Origin: Dictyostelium discoideum
Lineage: Eukaryota
Assembly: GCA_000004695.1 (NCBI GenBank)
Contig: CM000154.2
Location: forward strand, 2,560,001-2,624,000
Length of the DNA stretch: 64,000 nt
Direction of reading: 5' to 3'
Made by a program: the position numbers and the translations under genes. Positions 35,880-50,883 of the stretch are shown here, one piece after another. A model generated the notes under the pieces. That model was not told the origin of the DNA. It saw nothing but the letters and a program-made list of their open reading frames with translations, and did not search any database. Numbering within the stretch: position 1 is the first letter of the stretch; each line of letters begins with the position of its first letter.

Positions 35880-37225
35880 AATATAAGACCAAAAAATATG
35901 TATACAGATTTTGATTGGTATAAATCACTCACAGAAATAGAATGGGTAATAGCGAATGAAGGATGTAAACTAATTAAATTAGAAATTAAAGGCGAAACTC
36001 TAATTATCAAAACAGTGAAAAGAGTCGTAGAAGAATTTGACACTATCATTGAACTAGACAATCTAACATTAATTGGACACTCCAACAAAGGATGGAGAGA
36101 TCAAACCTCATTACCAGAAAATCAAGAAGAAAACAAAAATAAAAAACAATCAGATGAACAACAACCACAATCTACATCAGAACAAATACCAAAACAAGGA
36201 AAAAGAACAATCATTATCCCACCAATCACATCCTCATCTAATGATAAAACATTTATGGCCCTAGATGATACAGCTCAAAAGGTAATAGAAGCATCACTAG
36301 AAAACGTAGATGAACTAACAAGAATAGAGAATGAGATCAATACACAATCGATAAACAATCAAGAAATTAAAACAAAATCAGAAAAACCTATCGAACCACC
36401 ATCTCCATACAATACACCAATAAAACAACACGGCGAAACAAAGGGACTAACAACGGAAGAAAAACTTAGAGAGGCAAATGATATCTTCGACTTCACCAGC
36501 CCAAACACTGATGCAATAAGAAAAATAGAATTCCCACTTTCAATCCCTTCAAATCAATGGTTCTTCTCCTCTCCAATAAAACATATCATGAGTTTCAGCC
36601 CAACCTATGGTACACCATCGAAAATTATCGATTCACCAAGTAAATTGTTAAACACACCAAAAAAGAAACAACAAGACAAAACAAACAAGACCAACAAAAC
36701 ACCAGTCAAACCAAAATTGGGTGAATATGGACAAAAAAGCATAAAAACAAAAATGGATGAAGATATAGACAACTTCAACAAGGAAATTCTAAAACAAATC
36801 AATAAATCAAAAAACCCCACAAACACACAAGACCAACAACACAACGAACAAAGTAAAGATCAGTTAGAAGACAAAATAAACCAGAAACTTCAAAAGGTAG
36901 ATAAAAATCTACCCCAAATAAAACTATAAAGAAAAACACAATAAGAATAGGTGTTTGGAACATCCAAGGATCCAACACCATCCAATCTGCCAGCATAATA
37001 AACACCGTTTTAGACAACAACAAGCTGGACGCAGCACTTCTAACTGAAACAAATATAAAAACAAATAAAATTTACTCAATAAATCAACAATATAAAAACA
37101 AAATAACACACCACGCACCAATTGATAAAACAGGACAAGGGGTGTCACAAATCATCATCAACACCCGCAATAGAACTTCCTAAACATCTCAAAAAATACA
37201 ATAATTCACTCAGTACTTTCTATAA

Positions 37226-37280
<55 letters not shown>
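35880..37280 (+). mobile_element. TRE5-A copy 2, 5'-truncated by the gap (ORF1 from codon ~97, ORF2 stub, oligo-A)
   Basis: 35880-37226 is ~99% identical to 34395-35745; oligo(A) 37227-37280. Confidence 0.75.
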
Positions 37281-37281
<1 letters not shown>

Positions 37282-37285
<4 letters not shown>

Positions 37286-37631
37286 GGAACCCAAGTTAAT
37301 CAGAAAATTTCCAGATTTTTAACTTTTTAAAGAAAAATATAAAAAATAGAAAGAAAATAAAATGAAAATCACAAACAACACCACAAATATTAAGCAACAC
37401 AAATGCCTACAAAAAATAAGCGAAATTGTGGATAAAACTCAATTAAAAAAAAAACAATTCAAATACGTCATAAACATCAATCACGAACCAGACGATAAAA
37501 TAAAAAAAGATTTAGAAAAAAGTTTGGACAAAAAAGATGTTTTAATCAAAAAGACCCTGTAAAAAAAAAAAAAAAATAAAATGAGATCTAGCATCTCAAG
37601 GAGAAGCAAATAATAATTGCGTTATCCAATT

Positions 37632-37665
<34 letters not shown>

Positions 37666-38240
37666 ACTCAATTCAATATAAGGTTGAAAATTATAATTAA
37701 AGTGGTCTAAAGTACTTTATTTATTTTATATTTTAATTTATTTTTATATTTATTATAACTTTTATAATATTTTATTTTATCTTAATTTTATTATCTAATC
37801 TTTATTTTGAAATTTAACAATCCCTTTTATATTTATATATTTATTTATTACACTAATAGCTTATATAGCTTTAATTTAAATCACAATATATAAAGAAAAG
37901 TTAATTATTTTCAATATTTATATTAATTTAAATGAGTGACATAATTATTAATAAATAATTATTTTATATTTTTATGTTTGCTGATTTTAATAAAATTATT
38001 ATTTGAGATATTATGACACTAATTTGAATAAAAGCGAAATAGGTTTAATTATAAAATAGTAGCCCTTATTTTAAAAACAAAAATTTAATACAACTATAAT
38101 ATAATCAAAATTCAACTAATTTAGAACAAAAAAAAATAAAATAAAATAAAAGCTTTATAAAAAATTAATTTATGAGAATTAAAAACTCTAATTAAAATGA
38201 GAACAATTGCATTATCTAATTTAAAAAAAAAAAAAAAAAA
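37282..38240 (+). mobile_element. internally deleted TRE5-A fragments: B-module + first 66 codons of ORF1 + short tail (37282-~37650), then a C-module-like 3' region ending in oligo-A (~37655-38240)
   Basis: aacctgggaacccaagttaatcagaaaatttccag.. B-module and ATGAAAATCACAAACAACACC repeat the 34030-34310 sequence; two A-tailed ends (..aattgcgttatccaattc(a)n and ..acaattgcattatctaattt(a)n). Confidence 0.65.
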
Positions 38241-38433
38241 ATGAAATTTAAGATATTTTAAGCCTTGTGCAAAAAGAATCAAATGACGCAATTTGATTTT
38301 TTTTTTTTTTCACGGTTTGGAATTCCAAAAAATATCTTAAAAAAAAAAAACAGTTGTTTTTTATACACAAAAAAAAAAAAAAAAAAAAAAACTATTTTAT
38401 TTTTTATAGTAAACATTTTTAAACTAAAAAAAA

Positions 38434-39534
38434 ATGAATATAATTAAATCATTATCAATATTAATTTTATTTACAATTTTAATTAATGTTATATCATCAC
38501 AATCATCATCAGGTGATGATTCAATGCCAATTTTATTATCATTTTTTAGTAACGACCCAAGTAGAGATACATTATTTAAATTTAATAGAGTTGATTTAGA
38601 GGATGGTTCATTAAATATTACCCTTTACACTAGATATACAGCCTATGGTAAAATGTTGGGTGTTACTGGATATGATGGTGTTAATTGGTTTGATTATCAA
38701 TTTAAATATGAAACGGATCCAGATGAATTCCAAGACGGTGGTATCTCTGATTTAGGACAAGGTGATTCATCAGCTTCATGGATGAACGCAGATTTCTATG
38801 AAACCCATCCAGCCCTTGTAGACTATAATCCACATCCAATAGGTCAAGACGATGCACGTAGTGAATACCTTAGTGTTGGTTGGTCAAAGAAAACTCAAGC
38901 ATTATTAACACTCGGTTTCAATTATGTCGGTAACAATATGTTCTTTTATTATAATATAACTCAATATCAAGTTAGCGAGGCCTATGAAAATAGTTTAACC
39001 CAATGTTATGATTACACTCAAGGTTTAATGTACATAAATTATATTAACCCAACAAGCACCCAAAGACAAATTCTAGTTTATCAACCATTCAATCATTCAG
39101 ATGGTATATGCATTGATGAATATTCATTCGAGCCAGGCACAGATCTTACCAAATCAGTTGAATCCAATGTTTATCTTTTCTATTCAACCGTTGGAAATCA
39201 AAAAGAAAGTCCACTCTATATGGTTGAAGTTGCAAATGTTACAGGCACAAATTCAACCGTTAATTTATTATCAGTTGGTTTATCTGCCACTGGTTACACT
39301 GCATCAAGTAGTGTCATCTTATCTTTAGATAATAGTTATGGTTCAAATATTGATGGTATTCCATTATGCTATTTAGATCAACTTCATCAATATTTAATCT
39401 TATTATCAAAACCAACTTCAAAAATGTCTTATACTATTACAACTGTTGATCTTATTAATAATTATAAAACTACTTCAATTACAACTGATGTTGTTGATTT
39501 TTATAATTATGGTTTATATTACCAAGATAAATAA
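38434..39534 (+). CDS. secreted protein of unknown function (signal peptide, N-glycosylation sequons)
   Basis: MNIIKSLSILILFTILINVISSQ signal peptide; 366-aa single ORF. Confidence 0.65.
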   Translation: MNIIKSLSILILFTILINVISSQSSSGDDSMPILLSFFSNDPSRDTLFKFNRVDLEDGSLNITLYTRYTAYGKMLGVTGYDGVNWFDYQFKYETDPDEFQDGGISDLGQGDSSASWMNADFYETHPALVDYNPHPIGQDDARSEYLSVGWSKKTQALLTLGFNYVGNNMFFYYNITQYQVSEAYENSLTQCYDYTQGLMYINYINPTSTQRQILVYQPFNHSDGICIDEYSFEPGTDLTKSVESNVYLFYSTVGNQKESPLYMVEVANVTGTNSTVNLLSVGLSATGYTASSSVILSLDNSYGSNIDGIPLCYLDQLHQYLILLSKPTSKMSYTITTVDLINNYKTTSITTDVVDFYNYGLYYQDK

Positions 39535-39571
39535 ATAAATAAATAAATAAAAAAAAAAAATTTTATTTATC

Positions 39572-39607
<36 letters not shown>

Positions 39608-39909
39608 AGAAAAAAAAGCAAATAATTAAATGAGAAAAAAAAAAAAAACGATAATAAAATTATAAAAAAAAAACGATAATTAAATTATAAAAAAAGTAAA
39701 TAATAAAATTAAAAAAAAATGAAATAATAATAAAATGAGAAAAACCGATAATTTTTTTTATTTGGTAAATATTAATCAAAATCATATTTTATTGTTGTTT
39801 TAGTTTTTTTTTAAAGAATAAAATACCTGTTAAAATGAAATAGAAAAATTAGTAATCAATTTATATGTATTTTTTTTTAGTTTTTTTTTAAAAAAAACAC
39901 CATTTTATT

Positions 39910-40005
39910 GTTTTGGATCAGAGTTTTTGGCTTAATTAAAAATTAAATCTTATCTTGTCAATCACAGTCGTGTCGGACGGGGAAAGAAATCATCATCTAA
40001 ACAAT
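39910..40005 (-). ncRNA. box C/D snoRNA-like gene 4
   Basis: Minus: tGTTTag-ATGATGA-tttctttccccgtccgacacgactgtgattgacaag.....aaaactCTGA-tccAAAACa. C and D boxes plus a 4-5 bp terminal stem (GTTT/AAAC); GC-rich island in spacer. Confidence 0.45.
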
Positions 40006-40244
40006 AAAATAGTTTCTTTTTTAAAAAGTGTTTGAAACTTACAAGAAAAAGCAAAAGAAAGGACCAAGAATTGAAAGAACACCTCAAAGATAATAAAAGA
40101 AACTGAAAAAAAGACTCAAAGTAACCTAAATAAATCTAGAAAATTAATAAACAAAATTATATTAATATATTACTTTTATATTTTTTTAAATAAACAACCC
40201 AGTTAAATAATATAATAATGGGTATAAAATGTATTTATTAATGT

Positions 40245-40332
40245 TGTATGGTCAGAAGCAAAACTGGCGTGTCTTGTAAATCCGAATCATCATTAAGATT
40301 GCAGACTGGGGCGGTTGTCAATCATCATTCCA
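40245..40332 (-). ncRNA. box C/D snoRNA-like gene 5
   Basis: Minus: ggaATGATGAttgacaaccgccccagtctgcaatcttaATGATGAttcggatttacaagacacgccagttttgcttCTGAcca. C and C' (both AUGAUGA), terminal D box, GG/CC terminal pairing. Confidence 0.5.
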
Positions 40333-40671
40333 AAAACAAAAAAAATAAATATACACATAAATAATAATACTATTTATAACTTACAATTTGTTGTTAGTTG
40401 TGAATGAAATATTTTTTTTTTTTTTTTTTCTTTTTGTTGAAAGGAAAAAAAAAAAAAAAAAACTTTGAAAAAAAAAAAAATAAAAAAAAAAAGTAAAAAA
40501 TAAAAAAAAAAAAAATCACGAAAAAAGAACGTTATTCACGCATATTGTTTTTTTTTTTTTATTTTAATTTTTTTAATTTTTTTTATTTTTATTATTACTT
40601 TTTTTTTTTACTAAAAATAAATTTATTTTTATTTTTATCTATTTTTATTTTTATTTCTATTTTTTTACAAT

Positions 40672-44589
<3,918 letters not shown>

Positions 44590-44714
44590 ATAAATTTTTC
44601 TACAATATATCTAGTTATCTAGTTATACCAAAATAAATCCAAAAAAAAGTGTGTCACATGGTTTCCATTTTTTATTTTTTTTTATTTTTTTTTTATTTTT
44701 TTTTTATTTTTTTT

Positions 44715-46297
44715 TTAAATTAATAATCTTTTATCAATTTTATCTTTAAATGAATTATAAATTGTTGGATTAATTAAAGATAAAATTTTATCTTTAATTC
44801 TTTGTAATTCTTCAGGTGATGAAATTTTTGAATTTTTTAATTGTTTGAAATATTCATAATAGTTTCTATCAGATAAAGGGTAAAAATCAATTGGTTCGCC
44901 ATTAATCAATGGTAAAGATTTAATACTACGTTCAGAGATTTCAACGATTTGTTGTAGTTCTTCATTATCAGATGCATCACAATTAAATACTGATTGAATA
45001 TGTTTGGGTACACCTTTTTGAAGAATATTTGAAAGTTGTTCAGAGGAGAACATCTTTTTAAATTCAACCGATTGTTGTCTAAAATCGATCATTTTTCTTA
45101 AATGTTTAATCTTATTAAATGTACGTTCATCTTGATTATCTGGTGAATCTATATCCATTACTTTACCAAGTTTATCTTCAAGTTGATCGAATTATCAGGA
45201 AGTGACTTTTCTTTAACTGACATATCTTTAATTTCAACAGTTCTTGAATGTGAATATTTTGAACAAACTAAACCAATACCAGTATCTAATGGATTTGTTA
45301 AACTTGGTTCATGATATACTATTGAGTCATTTAGTAATGGTTCTTTACATTTTTCACAAAGATAACCAGATAGGTTACTTTGAAATTCACAAAGTGGACA
45401 TTGACAAAAGAAATAGTAACCATCCAATAATTCTCGTCTACGATTTTTTAAAGGGTATTCATTTGCCAAATATCCAAGAGATAGTTCATCACCTTTTTTA
45501 ACATTTGAGGACGTTGAAAATAGTAACATACCTTGATCATCCAATGACCATGTCGTATTTGGCATACAAGAATGATTGAAATAACCAGTTGGACAAACAC
45601 CTCTACCAATCTCTTTACTTGTAGCATAGGAAAATTGATGAGCATTTGTCAAAACTGAGGAAAAGCATTCCAATATTTCATGGATTGTAATAGTGTTTTT
45701 TAAGTATCCAACACCACGTACTGATGATATTAAACTACTTATTGAAGTTACACCACGTTTAAATTTTGTCATATGTTCTTTATCAACTTTATCCAATGTA
45801 CTCGTTAAACCCATGAAATCCTGATAATCATCAACTATATTATCTTTCAATTGACTGCTTTCCACAATAAACAGTTGGGTTACTTGGAGTTTGCATTCCT
45901 TGTTTACCATTTGCGATGTTTGCAATGATTCTTAACAATAACCTCATATCACGTGTATCTGAACCTAAATGAAAAGTACTTAAAATTTTATAAAAACCAC
46001 AAACCTCTTTATGATAATCTGAAATGGTTCCACAGCACTTTCATTTATCGATCTACATGATTTACAAACTGAATAAAGCTTACAATTTTTACAAAGACAT
46101 TCTTTACTATCAGATTTCGGAATTCTCTGTAAACAGAAACCACAATACTTTTCAGTTGCCAATTTATCAGAATCTTCAATTGATGAAGCGAATGGCGCAC
46201 ATCTAAATACAGTACTACCCTTTGGCAAATCAGTATTGGCTTGCACAGTTCTTCCTTTATTTGGAAATTGTTGAAATTGTTTCTCATCCTTTTTCAT
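44715..46297 (-). pseudogene. SET + MYND zinc-finger (SMYD-like) methyltransferase gene with at least two reading-frame disruptions (possible pseudogene, or homopolymer sequencing errors)
   Basis: Three consecutive ORFs in different frames. 45980-46297 holds the MYND Cys cluster (CGFCLQRIPKSDSKECLCKNCKLYSVCKSC). 45158-45925 holds the SET core (GRGVCPTGYFNHSCMPNTTWSLDDQGMLLF..GDELSLGYL) and post-SET (CQCPLCEF). 44715-45158 is the C-terminal region. Junctions at ~45930-45980 and ~45160-45200 have no room for introns. Confidence 0.5.
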
Positions 46298-46560
46298 TTT
46301 AGCATTAAATTGTTCCTCCTCTTCTTGAGTTTTCTTTATCTTTTCTCTATTTTCTCTTTATCTTGTTGATACTCTTTTTTATAATTTTCATTACTTTCAA
46401 TTGAAATCGCTTCCTCAATTGATTTTAAAGCATCATCTAATAGACATAAATCTCTTTTACCACGGGAATGTCTAAAATAAATCTTTGAAATTATTTTTAT
46501 AATTTCCTCTCTTATCAATTGAAATACCTTTTTCACTATTTTCAGCAAAAACAGATTGTT

Positions 46561-46685
46561 ATTTTATTTCTATTTTCATTTCTATTTCTATTTTTTTTAT
46601 TTTTTTATTATTTTTTTTACAATATGATTAATAACGAATACAATGAAAAAAAGGAAAACCTTTTTTGGATGGTATTTCAATAACT
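46561..46685 (+). repeat. duplicated fragment of the promoter and first ~25 codons of gene B (cf. 40621-40740)
   Basis: ..ttttacaatATGATTAATAACGAATACAATGAAAAAAAGGAAAACCTTTTTTGGATGGTATTTCA is ~90% identical to the gene-B start, then breaks off. Confidence 0.7.
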
Positions 46686-47070
46686 CCTTCACCTGTAAAA
46701 CTCCATCTTTACCAGGTACTGTTGTATAAATTACCCCATCAGGAGAACATCCAATTCTTTTGTCACCTGGCAATGGAAAGATACCTTTTTCGATAATTGA
46801 AGTCTCCAACTCATTAAAATAAAATTCTCTTGCTATTGGTTCTTGGCTTTTACCATGTTCCATTGCCTTTTTACAGTAGTCACTAAAGAATGGTGTTTTC
46901 TTTTTAGCCAATATTAATTTTAAATCATGTTGTGAAGTGTATGGATCAATTCCAATGGCAGCAGCTAATCTACTTCCAGTTAAAGAATACTTCTCTCTTG
47001 CTTTTTCCCATTTTTTAGTTCCTTGTACCAAATCTTCATCGATACATCGGTTTTGTATGGAGTTGTATTT
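46686..47070 (-). pseudogene. YqaJ-like (lambda-exonuclease-type) recombination nuclease domain fragment; lacks a start, C-terminal part replaced by the gene-B fragment
   Basis: ..KKWEKAREKYSLTGSRLAAAIGIDPYTSQHDLKLILAKKKTPFFSDYCKKAMEHGKSQEPIAREFYF...IGCSPDGVIY...GVLQVKE resembles the YqaJ domain (..TGSDIAAILGLSPYKTPYELWLEKTG..). Confidence 0.45.
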
Positions 47071-47541
47071 TTACAAACTGCTAATGATTTGAAAATCATA
47101 AACAATCAAACCTATTCAAATTGTCTAACGTTTTACTATCAAATGATTTCGAATATTAATTTCGAAAATGCTGAAGTAACCATATTAAAAGTCATACCAC
47201 CCAAAGATAGGTGTATGGAACAAATTAACCAAAGAGGTAGAACCTTTGAAGTCGGTAGTTTATCTATAGACTATGTTTCCAAATTAACCGATAAAATTCG
47301 ATCTCATTGTGTTAGCCAAGTTTTATCAAGACTTGAAAAACCAATAAAATGCTGTATCGATAGAGAATACAAAAGCAATGATGACCTGTTCAATGACATT
47401 TTCTTTAATGAAAATCCAAACTCAATTCCCACACCATCAAATACTCCAACTCAATCTCTTCAAAGTTCACACTCAAATCTTAGTTTTTATTACCCATCGA
47501 ATCAAGAGCAATATTTTAATATTCAAGATTATTTGAATTAA
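47023..47541 (+). pseudogene. deoxynucleoside kinase (dCK/dGK family) C-terminal fragment; no N-terminal P-loop part present
   Basis: ..NAEVTILKVIPPKDRCMEQINQRGRTFEVGSLSIDYVSKLTDKIRSH matches the dNK motif ..IYLxxxPExCxxRIxxRGRxEExxIPLEYLExLHxxHE; the frame opens right after a stop, with no ATG. Confidence 0.45.
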
Positions 47542-47638
47542 TAAAACTAAATTCTAAATAATACTATAAAAAAAAAAATAAAAAAAAAAATAAAAAAATA
47601 AAAATATATTTAAATTAAATAAAAAAAAGAAAAAAAAA

Positions 47639-47824
47639 ATGTCTACATTTGCCGATCTTCGTTCTGTTTCAGGTGCCTTACTAGGTGGTATGGGTAGTAT
47701 TGGTGTTGCCGCTCTTGGTGCTTACTTTATTTATACAAGTGAAATTGGAAGCGTTGATTTCTATATGGGTGTTGGTTTTGCTGCCTTTGGTTGTCTCTTG
47801 GTTTCGGATCATTATTCAAAATAA
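47639..47824 (+). CDS. small hydrophobic protein (61 aa, two predicted TM segments)
   Basis: MSTFADLRSVSGALLGGMGSIGVAALGAYFIYTSEIGSVDFYMGVGFAAFGCLLVSDHYSK; codon usage typical of expressed Dictyostelium genes (ggt, gct, gtt). Confidence 0.45.
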   Translation: MSTFADLRSVSGALLGGMGSIGVAALGAYFIYTSEIGSVDFYMGVGFAAFGCLLVSDHYSK

Positions 47825-47949
47825 AAATGATTAAAGAAAAGAAAAAAAAAGAAAATAAAAATTAAGATAACTAGATTTCAATTATTTTAATTATTATTTA
47901 TTAATATTATTTATTTTATTTAAAATAAAAACAAAAATAGTTGATGGTT

Positions 47950-48345
47950 TTATTTGTTTTTTTCTTCATTTTCTTTTGGCACATCACATAATCTAACAAC
48001 TTTTCCATCTATATACTGAAGATTTGTTAATAATTCGGTTCTTTCTTTAAAACGATTTTTTTTAATAAAATTGGTATATTCGTAGAGGCTCAAACCCTTC
48101 ACTCCATGACCAAATACCATTTTACAATCTTCAAAGTAACCTCTTGAGAATTTATAATGATTATAAAGGATAATGTCAATTATTTTTACCATTTTTACTT
48201 TACAGTCAGTTGTACATACACAAGGTTCAAACTCGGGGAATTCATCTGGATCTGTTAATAGCCACATGTATTTACTCTTATTTTCCTCAGCTTCTTCAAT
48301 GGATAAATTTGAATGTGGGCACTTATTAGTAGCTCTTTCTTCCAT
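47950..48345 (-). CDS. hypothetical Cys-containing protein (131 aa)
   Basis: MEERATNKCPHSNLSIEEAEENKSKYMWLLTDPDEFPEFEPCVCTTDCKVK...; coding-like composition. Confidence 0.45.
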   Translation of the reverse strand: MEERATNKCPHSNLSIEEAEENKSKYMWLLTDPDEFPEFEPCVCTTDCKVKMVKIIDIILYNHYKFSRGYFEDCKMVFGHGVKGLSLYEYTNFIKKNRFKERTELLTNLQYIDGKVVRLCDVPKENEEKNK

Positions 48346-48539
48346 TATTTAAGTTGTAATTATAAATATATATGTTTGTGTGATAATTTTTTTATTTTTA
48401 ATGTTAGTAAAAAATGTTTAAAAAAAATTAAATTATTATTTTTAAAAAAAAAAAAAAATAGAAAAAACACCGTGGGTGTGGTGTTTTTTTTTTTTGGAAA
48501 ATAAAAATAGAAACACCCAGGAAGCAGTTTTTTTTTTTT

Positions 48540-48757
48540 TTGCCATCACTTATTTTTTTGAGTTCTTGTGCAGTTGCAAAGGTTCTAATTGGCTCTTGTT
48601 TTTCTCTAAGTCTTTGCAATCGTCTTCTTTCACTTTCTTCTTGCATCAACCTTCTTCTTTCTTCTTGTTCAGCCATTCTTTGTTGTGCTTTTTTAATTTT
48701 AATTAATTTGACCGTTTCAGGATCTGCTTCAATTTCTTTTTTTTGACGGGCACCCAT
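48540..48757 (-). CDS. small charged coiled-coil protein (C-terminal boundary uncertain)
   Basis: MGARQKKEIEADPETVKLIKIKKAQQRMAEQEERRRLMQEESERRRLQRLREKQEPIRTFATAQELKKISDGKKKK then runs into a poly-A/T tract. Confidence 0.4.
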
Positions 48758-49389
48758 CGTTTTTTTTTAAAAATAAACCTAATGATTTATACATGTTTAT
48801 ATTTAATAATTGAGAATTTTTTATTTTAAGACAATGGTTTTGAATTCTTTTTTAAAAAAATCATTATAAATTTTCTTTGATTCATTACATTTTTGTTTCT
48901 ATCAAATGATCACTTTCTAATGATTTTATATTAATAGTCATTAGAAAGTCCATTAGCTACTTAGGAATTCTATAGAAAATCGTTGAAAATTTTAGTTTTG
49001 TTTTCTTTATAATGGTTATCTTCTAAAGATTTTTAAATAGAAAATCTATGGATAATAATAGTTTCTAATTAGAAATCTTTAAACAATCATTGGAAATCGT
49101 TGAATTTTTCTTTGGCTTATTTAATAGTTTTCTATCTAATGATCACATCCATACCGTTATCTATTGAAAACTATTCCAACAAAAAATCTAATGGCCTTCA
49201 ATAAAGTAATATTAAATTATAAAAAAATAAAAAGAAAAGAAAAAAACAATCCAAACCAATAGATGGGTTTCATTGAAAGAATATTTTAAAAAAGATTAAA
49301 GTTTTTATTTTAAAGAATTTTTGTATTGATTTCATAAAGGAAATCATTAAAATGTTTTTTAACAATGGTTTTGAATTAAAAGATAACCT

Positions 49390-50760
49390 TTAATATTTCT
49401 TCACCCAAGTTTCTTCAGCTCCATCTTTAATGAGTTCATATCCCTCCTCTGCAGTGATTCTAATTCCATCACCTACTTCACGTGCAGTATTGGCGATACC
49501 ATCACCTACATCATGTGCAGTATTGGCGATATCATCACCAATCTCATTGACACCTTCTCTCCATGCTTGATAACCTTGTTGAGCATAATTACGAGCACCG
49601 TTGCCAGCTTTTTGTACACCATTTCTCATGGAATTGTAACCTTCATTAGCATAATTACGTGCACCATTACCAGCTTTTTGTGCACCATTTCTCATGGAAT
49701 TGTAACCTTGATTAGCATAACGAGTAGCTCTGCTACGTATAGAGTTACCAACACCATTAGCAGTACGAGAAATAGAACCACCAGCTCTGGAAGCAACTCC
49801 TGCGGCACCACCCTCAGCACCGGCTGCTGCACCAGCTGCTGCTGCACCGGCGCCAGCAACAATAGCACCCCTGCAATACCAACATCTATAGCAATTAATT
49901 GATCATCCGAAACCTGAAAGTTTGAATGTGGATTTTGATTCTGATTTTGATTTTGATTTTGATTTTGATTTTGATTTGAATTCTTATTTCTTGATGCGAA
50001 AGCATTTGATATTCTTAGGTAGTAGCCTTGCGAATGAAAAGTATAATCCTCTTCAGTTCTATTACAGAAATCACTGCCTTCTATGGCCACTTCACCAGTT
50101 CTGAATGGTATACCCTCTGGAAATATTTGAGATTGATCAGCTTTTAAAGATGATTCGACGAAATGTTTGGTATGTTGATTAGTTTGACCATCCCATACAA
50201 AACCTGGCTCTTTTTCAATATTAAAAGATGGAGCATTGATATCCATATTATAAAAAGATGCAAGGATATCTATCCCATCCCAAACCATTTTCATCAGGGT
50301 AAGCAGTATCAAATTCTGGTTCAAAACCAAGATTGTCCCATGAGTTGAATTGAGTTTTGAATTGGTGGAGTAGAGCTTGTTCAACAGGTGTTACTTGGTT
50401 ACTGGTTCCTTTATCATTCAATCCGGGGAAACGCATATAGCACACAATGAAATCACGTTCAACATGGTTACGTCTACTGTGATCAGCAATTCTGTCCCGA
50501 ACATCAATAGTGGATCTTCCGATATAATATAGTGGAAGCATGTATTCATTACCGTCGATGATTTCATTGGCAGTCGAGAAAATTGCATAGATACCGGCGT
50601 TATTGCATTCAAGTGGACCATATCCACCGTTTTGGTTAATAACACTATTACATGCCCAAATATTATGAGTAGTGGGGTGCAAATCGCCTGGAGGTGGATA
50701 GAATGAAGCAATTGCTTTTTCATACCCTAAAGAAAATTGGATACTACTACAAAAAACCAT
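49390..50760 (-). pseudogene. GIY-YIG nuclease-like N-terminal domain fused to a Gly/Ala-rich, LEA-like repeat C-terminus; frame broken at ~50290 and at a GGGG run (~49868-49871); GC-rich, atypical codon usage
   Basis: N-terminal: ..NAGIYAIFSTANEIIDGNEYMLPLYYIGRSTIDVRDRIADHSRRNH...VEQALLHQFKTQFN (GIY..YIG..R..H..E..N). C-terminal: GAIVAGAGAAAAGAAAGAEGGAAGVAS...MRNGAQKAGNGARNYANEGYNS / MRNGVQKAGNGARNYAQQGYQA and DIANTAHDVGDG / IANTAREVGDG repeats. Codons CCC, CGG, TCG, GAC, GCC, which are rare in this genome. Confidence 0.5.
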
Positions 50761-50883
50761 TACAAAATAAACAATTAATTTTAGTTTATTGAAATTAAAT
50801 TGTATATAATAATGAAAAAAAAAAATATTAAATAGTAAAAAAAAATATTTGTAATTTAATTATTTGTTTCCAATTCAACTGTC

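Noticed and set aside
46024-46287. Short ORFs overlapping the SET/MYND gene on both strands
   Set aside because: Explained by the SET gene frames.
49513-49902. 129-aa plus-strand ORF
   Set aside because: Antisense of the Gly/Ala-rich repeat region of the GIY-YIG/LEA-like gene.
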